Shown here piece after piece: positions 37,049 to 42,143 of a DNA stretch of 42,143 nucleotides. The translations under genes and the position numbers were made by a program. The stretch comes from a virus (taxonomy: Duplodnaviria > Caudoviricetes). Positions within the stretch are counted from its first letter, which is position 1. The number at the start of each line of letters is the position of its first letter. The notes under the pieces were generated by a model, which searched no databases, was not told where the DNA came from, and saw only the letters and a list, made by a program, of their open reading frames with translations. The DNA lies in IMG/VR virus record IMGVR_UViG_3300038974_000891, positions 1 to 42,143 of that record; one strand, 5' to 3'.

Positions 37049-38119
37049 ATGTCAAACTATAATAAACCTAGTCTTAAGACATTGAGAAATCGCGCCATTT
37101 CAGACATAAACGCCTATCTTAAAGGAGCCGATGCAAATTTACGAAGACGTGTTTTAAATATCTATGCTGCAATTATGGCCGGTATCGGCGATGAAATTTT
37201 AAGAAGAGTTGAATTTTTAATAAAACAAATATTCATTACAAGTGCTGATGACGAATACTTATTAAAGCATGGACAAACAAGGTCCTTCCCTCGCAAAAAA
37301 GCAGAAAAAGCGAGTGGAAGTATAGTCTTTGAACATTCCATACCTGGAAGCATAGTTCCGGCGGGTACGACTATCAAACGTTCCGATAATATCCTATACA
37401 CATCAACAGAGGATGCCATAGTCAATGCTGAAGGTATCGTAACGATACCGGTAACAGCAGAGAATGTCGGAATAGACGGCAATACTACGAGAGGTACGAT
37501 TTTTTCTTTTATCTCTCCGATAGCTGGTGTCAACAATCAAGGAATATCACAGAACGCTTTAATTGGCGGTGCTGATATAGAAAAAATTGAAGAATATAAA
37601 GAACGCTTAAAATTCTATATCCAAAATCCACCTTCCGGAGGATCTCAAACAGATTATGAAAACTGGACGAAAGAAGTATCAGGCGTTACACGAGCTTGGT
37701 GCTATCCTACAGAAATGGGGATCGGTACTGTAACCATCCGTTTTATGATGGACAATACCTATAACAATGGCATACCTGCCGCCGCCGATGTAGCGACCGT
37801 AACCGAACATATCAGCTCTTTACGCCCCGTTACAGCTATTGTTTATGTCGCCGCTCCCATAGCAGATACTATTGATTTTGTTTTTGCAAATTTAAGCCCT
37901 GATACAAGTGATGCCCGAGAAGCCGTTGAAACAAATTTAAAAACACTTATTCAATCAAGTTTTGTAGAACCCGGAGCGATACTTCGGTTATCAAAAATAA
38001 GAGCCGCTATCAGCAACGCTACCGGCAACGAAGATTTTGATTTGATTACACCCTCAAATGATATTGAGTGTGATATCGGACATATTCCTGTCCTTGGTAC
38101 AATCACATATCAGGAGTAA
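37049..38119 (+). CDS. Baseplate J/gp47 protein
   Basis: GGADIE, PPSGG..DY..W..EVSGVTRAW, GTV. Confidence 0.92.
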   Translation: MSNYNKPSLKTLRNRAISDINAYLKGADANLRRRVLNIYAAIMAGIGDEILRRVEFLIKQIFITSADDEYLLKHGQTRSFPRKKAEKASGSIVFEHSIPGSIVPAGTTIKRSDNILYTSTEDAIVNAEGIVTIPVTAENVGIDGNTTRGTIFSFISPIAGVNNQGISQNALIGGADIEKIEEYKERLKFYIQNPPSGGSQTDYENWTKEVSGVTRAWCYPTEMGIGTVTIRFMMDNTYNNGIPAAADVATVTEHISSLRPVTAIVYVAAPIADTIDFVFANLSPDTSDAREAVETNLKTLIQSSFVEPGAILRLSKIRAAISNATGNEDFDLITPSNDIECDIGHIPVLGTITYQE

Positions 38120-38123
38120 GTCT

Positions 38124-38723
38124 ATGGAACAAAACGACTACAAAGAACTTTTTCAAAACCTTATGCCCAAAGGTCCTGCTTGGAGTCATGAGCCTGACTC
38201 TAATATGTCTGCCTTATCAGATGCAACAGCGGCCTTTTTCTTTTATATTCATAAACGAGTTGAAAAAGCTGGCGGAGAAATCTTCCCGCAAAGCTGTGAA
38301 GAAACTCTCGTGGATTGGGAATATGATTATGGTCTTCCGGAAATTTGCGAACACGGAAACCACTCTGCAGGTTCAACATTCGGGGAGCGTAGAGCTGAGG
38401 TTATCGCGAAAATCAACCGTAAATTTTCCCCTACAGAGCTGAATTTTATCAATCTGGCCAAAATTCTAGGATATGAAATATCTATAAAAACAGTTCCTCC
38501 ATCAATTTGCGGTATATCTCGTTGCGGAGAGAAATTAGGCGGGAATATTTCTGCTCGTTTTTACTGGATTGTGCTAGTACACGGAATAAAAGTCACCTAT
38601 GCCCGATCCGGAATTACCGTATGCGGTGAACCGTTGTGTCACATATCATATGCTCAAGATTTAGAATGCTTATTTAAACGTATAAAACCGGCTCATACCA
38701 TAGTCAAATTCCGTTATGTGTAA
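38124..38723 (+). CDS. Baseplate gp48/YmfQ-like protein
   Basis: LMPKGPAW, WEYDYGLP, LEC.F..IKPAHT. Confidence 0.88.
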   Translation: MEQNDYKELFQNLMPKGPAWSHEPDSNMSALSDATAAFFFYIHKRVEKAGGEIFPQSCEETLVDWEYDYGLPEICEHGNHSAGSTFGERRAEVIAKINRKFSPTELNFINLAKILGYEISIKTVPPSICGISRCGEKLGGNISARFYWIVLVHGIKVTYARSGITVCGEPLCHISYAQDLECLFKRIKPAHTIVKFRYV

Positions 38724-38740
38724 AGAAAGGAAACAAAATA

Positions 38741-39325
38741 ATGAAATATATACAACCCTTAAATGAAGAAGAAGGAGCTTCTTATGTTAACGCGGACCCT
38801 GCCAACGGCATTGAAGGTTCTATAATTCCTGCGGGTGCTTTGGAAAATCCGCAAAGAGAGATTGTCAATGTCATCACAGACGCCGGATTAAATCCGTCGG
38901 AAAATGACAATACACAATTAAAACAAGCTATATCAGCAAAAATATCAAGTGCCTTATCCAATTACGCTAACACCGATGTAAACAACTTGACTTCTACAGG
39001 CAAAAATACAATAGCTGATTTAGCAATGCCAGGTAGTTATTATGAAGATTTAACTATAGATGTTACGGGAACCTCCTATACTGCACCGAATAACGGATGG
39101 TTCATAATAGGAATAGACAATTCAACAGATGGTATTCAGGCATTCAATAACAATACAAATCTAGGCTACACGGCAACACCTTTAGCAACTAGTCTCCCCA
39201 GTGCAACATTCGGCTCTATTTTATCTGTACCATGCAAAAAGAATGACGAAATAACTGTCAGATACTCAGGTAGTTCAACAAATGTAACATTATTCAGATT
39301 TATTTACGCACAAGGAGCAATATAA
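38741..39325 (+). CDS. Short tail fibre/receptor-binding protein
   Basis: NPQREIVNVI..AGL.P....QL.QAI baseplate anchor; YTAPNNGW...VPCKKND C-terminal domain. Confidence 0.75.
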   Translation: MKYIQPLNEEEGASYVNADPANGIEGSIIPAGALENPQREIVNVITDAGLNPSENDNTQLKQAISAKISSALSNYANTDVNNLTSTGKNTIADLAMPGSYYEDLTIDVTGTSYTAPNNGWFIIGIDNSTDGIQAFNNNTNLGYTATPLATSLPSATFGSILSVPCKKNDEITVRYSGSSTNVTLFRFIYAQGAI

Positions 39326-39712
39326 ATGTTTTATGGAATTTTAAAAGAAAACAAACAAATTTGGGGAAGCAAAAACCGAGAGACAATAATTAAATCTGTA
39401 ATTACACGTCCAGAATATTCGGCAGAAGATATTCAAGAATTTACTGATGACAAGATAGAGTTGGCATATAATGGTTTCTATTACTTGAAGAATCACGCTC
39501 CTCAACCATCGAGAGAATATATCTCCGAACAAAGAGAAAAGGCTTATGAAAAGGAAGTTGACCCTATCACCTGCCATATCAACAGACTTAAAGATGAGGA
39601 GCCGACAGAGGAGATTGAAGCAGAAATAGCTTCCTTAATAGAAGAACGTAAAGCAATAGTCGCAAATATTAAAGAGCGTTATCCGTATCCGGAAGAGGTG
39701 CAAAATGGATAA
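39326..39712 (+). CDS. Putative tail fibre assembly protein
   Basis: R..AY..E.DP ... IKERYPYP; follows fibre. Confidence 0.55.
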   Translation: MFYGILKENKQIWGSKNRETIIKSVITRPEYSAEDIQEFTDDKIELAYNGFYYLKNHAPQPSREYISEQREKAYEKEVDPITCHINRLKDEEPTEEIEAEIASLIEERKAIVANIKERYPYPEEVQNG

Positions 39713-39941
39713 AGAAGCAGTAGGAACAACGGGAATAAGTGTTGTGATGGCGTGGCTGTGCAATCATATTCCAGAGGTGCAGGCATTTATTATTTTCGGT
39801 TTTACACTTGTGTACCTTTACTGGAAAATCAGGAGAGTGAGAGCGGAAACAAAAAAGATTGAAAGGTCTATGGATTGCCGCGTCGCTGAAGCTCCTCGCA
39901 ATGACGAAGGAAGAAAGGAGAGCTGTAAAAATGACAGATGA
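39705..39941 (+). CDS. Holin-like membrane protein
   Basis: TM segment(s) with charged C-terminus, upstream of endolysin. Confidence 0.55.
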   Translation: MDKEAVGTTGISVVMAWLCNHIPEVQAFIIFGFTLVYLYWKIRRVRAETKKIERSMDCRVAEAPRNDEGRKESCKNDR

Positions 39942-40344
39942 TTTAATGACCAGAATTAAAAAGAATGAGGGTTACAGCGGGAAACCTTACCGATGTACGG
40001 CAGGAAAGCTGACTATCGGCTACGGCAGGAATTTAGAAGATAACGGGATAACTGAAAGCGAAGCTTCTTTTTTATTATCCGAAGATTTACGGCGTTCGGT
40101 AAGTGAGTGCATAAGAGCTTTTACTTGGTTTGGCAAATTGAACAAAGCACGCCAAGGCGTAATCGTGGAAATGTGCTTTAATCTTGGTTTGCCAAGATTG
40201 AAAACGTTTAAGCGAATGCTAGCGGCAATGAGCGTCAGCGATTATGAAATTGCAGCTTCGCAAATGCTGGATTCTTTATGGGCAAAACAGGTCGGAGACA
40301 GAGCAGACGCCCTTGCCGAAATTATGAGGAATGGAAAGGAGTAA
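39931..40344 (+). CDS. Endolysin (T4-lysozyme-like muramidase)
   Basis: EG....Y.CTAGKLTIGYGRNL, MCFNLG, MLDSLWAKQVG.RA. Confidence 0.9.
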   Translation: MTDDLMTRIKKNEGYSGKPYRCTAGKLTIGYGRNLEDNGITESEASFLLSEDLRRSVSECIRAFTWFGKLNKARQGVIVEMCFNLGLPRLKTFKRMLAAMSVSDYEIAASQMLDSLWAKQVGDRADALAEIMRNGKE

Positions 40345-40347
40345 AAA

Positions 40348-40548
40348 ATGCAGGAAATTATAAGTTGGATAAGTGAACATTGGGACGATTGTTTGGCCAT
40401 TTATGGCGGGGTTGTGGCGGTGTGTACCGTTGTTGTTAAATTAACTCCAAACACCAAGGACAATGAAGTGTTGGATAAAATTATCAGCTTTATTGATTTG
40501 TTCTCCACAGCTTTCAAAAAAACGGATAAGGAAAAGCTGGAAAAATGA
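40348..40548 (+). CDS. Holin-like small membrane protein
   Basis: RBS AAGGAG; TM followed by LTPNTKDN motif. Confidence 0.6.
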   Translation: MQEIISWISEHWDDCLAIYGGVVAVCTVVVKLTPNTKDNEVLDKIISFIDLFSTAFKKTDKEKLEK

Positions 40549-40757
40549 CAACCTTTTTATATTATTTGGCGGGGATAATTATTGCCCTTGCTTTCATTTA
40601 TCATATCGGAAAAAAGGCAGGAAAGAATGAACAGAAAGCAGAAATTATTAAGGCAGAAGCAGAACGGACAAAGAAAGTATTGGATAATGTTCGGAATGTT
40701 TACAATATGTCTGATGACGAGCTTGCCGACCGGATGCAAAAATACGGTGATAAGTAA
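40545..40757 (+). CDS. Putative i-spanin (Rz-like)
   Basis: N-terminal TM plus coiled coil. Confidence 0.6.
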   Translation: MTTFLYYLAGIIIALAFIYHIGKKAGKNEQKAEIIKAEAERTKKVLDNVRNVYNMSDDELADRMQKYGDK

Positions 40758-40881
40758 CGAATGCCTTTGGTATTTGGAGCCGACGGGTGAGGAGTGCCTG
40801 TCCATTAAGGAAACGGCACCGACACTGTTCGGAAAATGTGCGAAAAATAAGATAAATTATCAAGCAATTTGTAAAAACTAG
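40687..40881 (+). CDS. Putative o-spanin lipoprotein (Rz1-like)
   Basis: Overlaps i-spanin in another frame; hydrophobic signal ending LPTG-C; additional Cys residues. Confidence 0.6.
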   Translation: MFGMFTICLMTSLPTGCKNTVISNECLWYLEPTGEECLSIKETAPTLFGKCAKNKINYQAICKN

Positions 40882-42143
40882 ATAACTTCTCGTTTTTTCT
40901 TCACATCATTAAAATCTATAACTTTACCGCCACTCATAACTTCATGTAATTTTGCCGTTGTCTGTCCAACAGCTAAACGCAAAGGATCATTGAATAAATG
41001 AGTATATCTTTCAGATGTTTTACTATCTGAATGTCGCAGAGCTTCCTTAATCATAAGTTGCGAACCAGTCGTCATAGCCATAAATGAAGCAAAACTGTGG
41101 CGTAAATCGTGCATTCTAAAATCAACCAAACCAGCCTGTATCCTTATATTATCCCACTGCCTACCCTCGTCTTTAAGATGTTGACCTTTGATATGACCAT
41201 CAAAGATGTATTCTCCGACGGTTCCATTTTTCTGTTGATCTGTGCGTATCTGTTCCAATACTCCCATTGCCTCGTTACTTAATTGTATATCTTGTGGTCT
41301 GTTTGCTTTGCTGTCGGGTAAAGCTAGTACTCCTCGTTCTGGAAAAATATATGACCATTTGGCAGTCAAAAGCTCACCTCGTCTTGCACCGGTATATAAT
41401 AGAAGTAAAACCAGATTAGCCGTTTGTCTGGCATGATAATTTTCATTTTGTAAATAATTCTGCAATACCTTATATAAAGATATACACTCTTGTACACTTA
41501 AATAACGCCGGCGAGGTCTCTCTATGAACTTTTTCGTTTTACGACAAGGATTACTACCCTCCGGTCGCCATTCCCAATCCTCTGCTAAATTAAAGGCTTT
41601 TTTAAGTACCTCTAAAACTCTATTTGCCGTTACGGTCTTAAATTGACCTTTAAGATTAACTTCTTTCGCTATTTCTTTGTGAATTTTAGAAATATCACCA
41701 CAAGTGATTTCACAAACATATTTGTTACCTATCTTTGGTAAGATATGTTTTTTCCAATAAACAACATCATTTCTGACCGAAGAAGCTTTTTTATGAATAG
41801 CATGCTCATCCATATATTTTTCATATAAATCTTTTATTGTGGCTGATAATGCCGGGCCTGATTCTGCTCTTTTTTGTGTAATGGGATTGTTACCTTCCGC
41901 AGCAGATTTTAACAACTCCTGACTTTTATCCCGAGCTTCTTCTACCGACATTATAGGGAAATCACCCATACTTATTTTTTGCCGTCTACGATTCGCTAAT
42001 CTATAAATAGCGTAAAAAGTTTTGCGTCCTGACGGTCGTACCCGAATATACAATCCTGTAGTAATCGCATCAGAAACAAAAAAATCTTTGTTTTTTATAA
42101 CCTTAATCGCTTCTATTGATGTTTTACTAAACTTTATTTTCAT
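40878..42143 (-). CDS. int: Tyrosine integrase with N-terminal arm-binding domain
   Basis: GLYIRV.PSG.K.F arm domain; YTGARRGE, HDLRH, LRHS, ERYTH catalytic residues. Confidence 0.95.
   Translation of the reverse strand: MKIKFSKTSIEAIKVIKNKDFFVSDAITTGLYIRVRPSGRKTFYAIYRLANRRRQKISMGDFPIMSVEEARDKSQELLKSAAEGNNPITQKRAESGPALSATIKDLYEKYMDEHAIHKKASSVRNDVVYWKKHILPKIGNKYVCEITCGDISKIHKEIAKEVNLKGQFKTVTANRVLEVLKKAFNLAEDWEWRPEGSNPCRKTKKFIERPRRRYLSVQECISLYKVLQNYLQNENYHARQTANLVLLLLYTGARRGELLTAKWSYIFPERGVLALPDSKANRPQDIQLSNEAMGVLEQIRTDQQKNGTVGEYIFDGHIKGQHLKDEGRQWDNIRIQAGLVDFRMHDLRHSFASFMAMTTGSQLMIKEALRHSDSKTSERYTHLFNDPLRLAVGQTTAKLHEVMSGGKVIDFNDVKKKREVI

Larger units (their letters stand above)
1..42143. mobile_element. 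Temperate phage/prophage: lambda-like head, Mu-like contractile tail
   Basis: Complete, syntenic set of immunity, replication, packaging, head, tail, lysis and integration genes; att sites not seen. Confidence 0.95.

Overview
The window is a near-complete temperate myovirus (prophage) of low GC. A proteobacterial host, possibly an alphaproteobacterium, is an inference from gene families and the two-component spanin. From left to right it contains: a leftward recombination operon (RecT-like annealing protein cut by the window edge, PD-(D/E)XK nuclease); a CI-like repressor with tandem operators; a rightward replication operon (SF2 helicase, VRR-NUC, Toprim/D5-P4 primase-helicase, MazG-like NTPase); and an accessory block (HigBA, an Ash/Rha/Bro antirepressor locus, Kiwa defence, an HTH-Phd fusion). 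It continues with a lambda-like packaging/head module (ParB-MTase, two TerS-like genes, GpA TerL, gpW, portal, protease, decoration, capsid) interrupted by an ATPase/PIN-GNAT-PUA/ASCH moron, then a Mu-like contractile tail, a lysis cassette and a tyrosine integrase. Five signals stand out. (1) A stop-free tandem array of three promoter + C4-like antisense-RNA + antirepressor modules has conserved scaffolds but different guide loops and matching targets. (2) The repressor lacks its autocleavage residues. (3) The three-gene candidate defence moron sits between terL and gpW. (4) A remote copy of the tandem immunity operator lies in front of the head genes. (5) A 36-bp motif is repeated ahead of three late-gene blocks. 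All assignments come from motif recognition by eye; no database searches were run.
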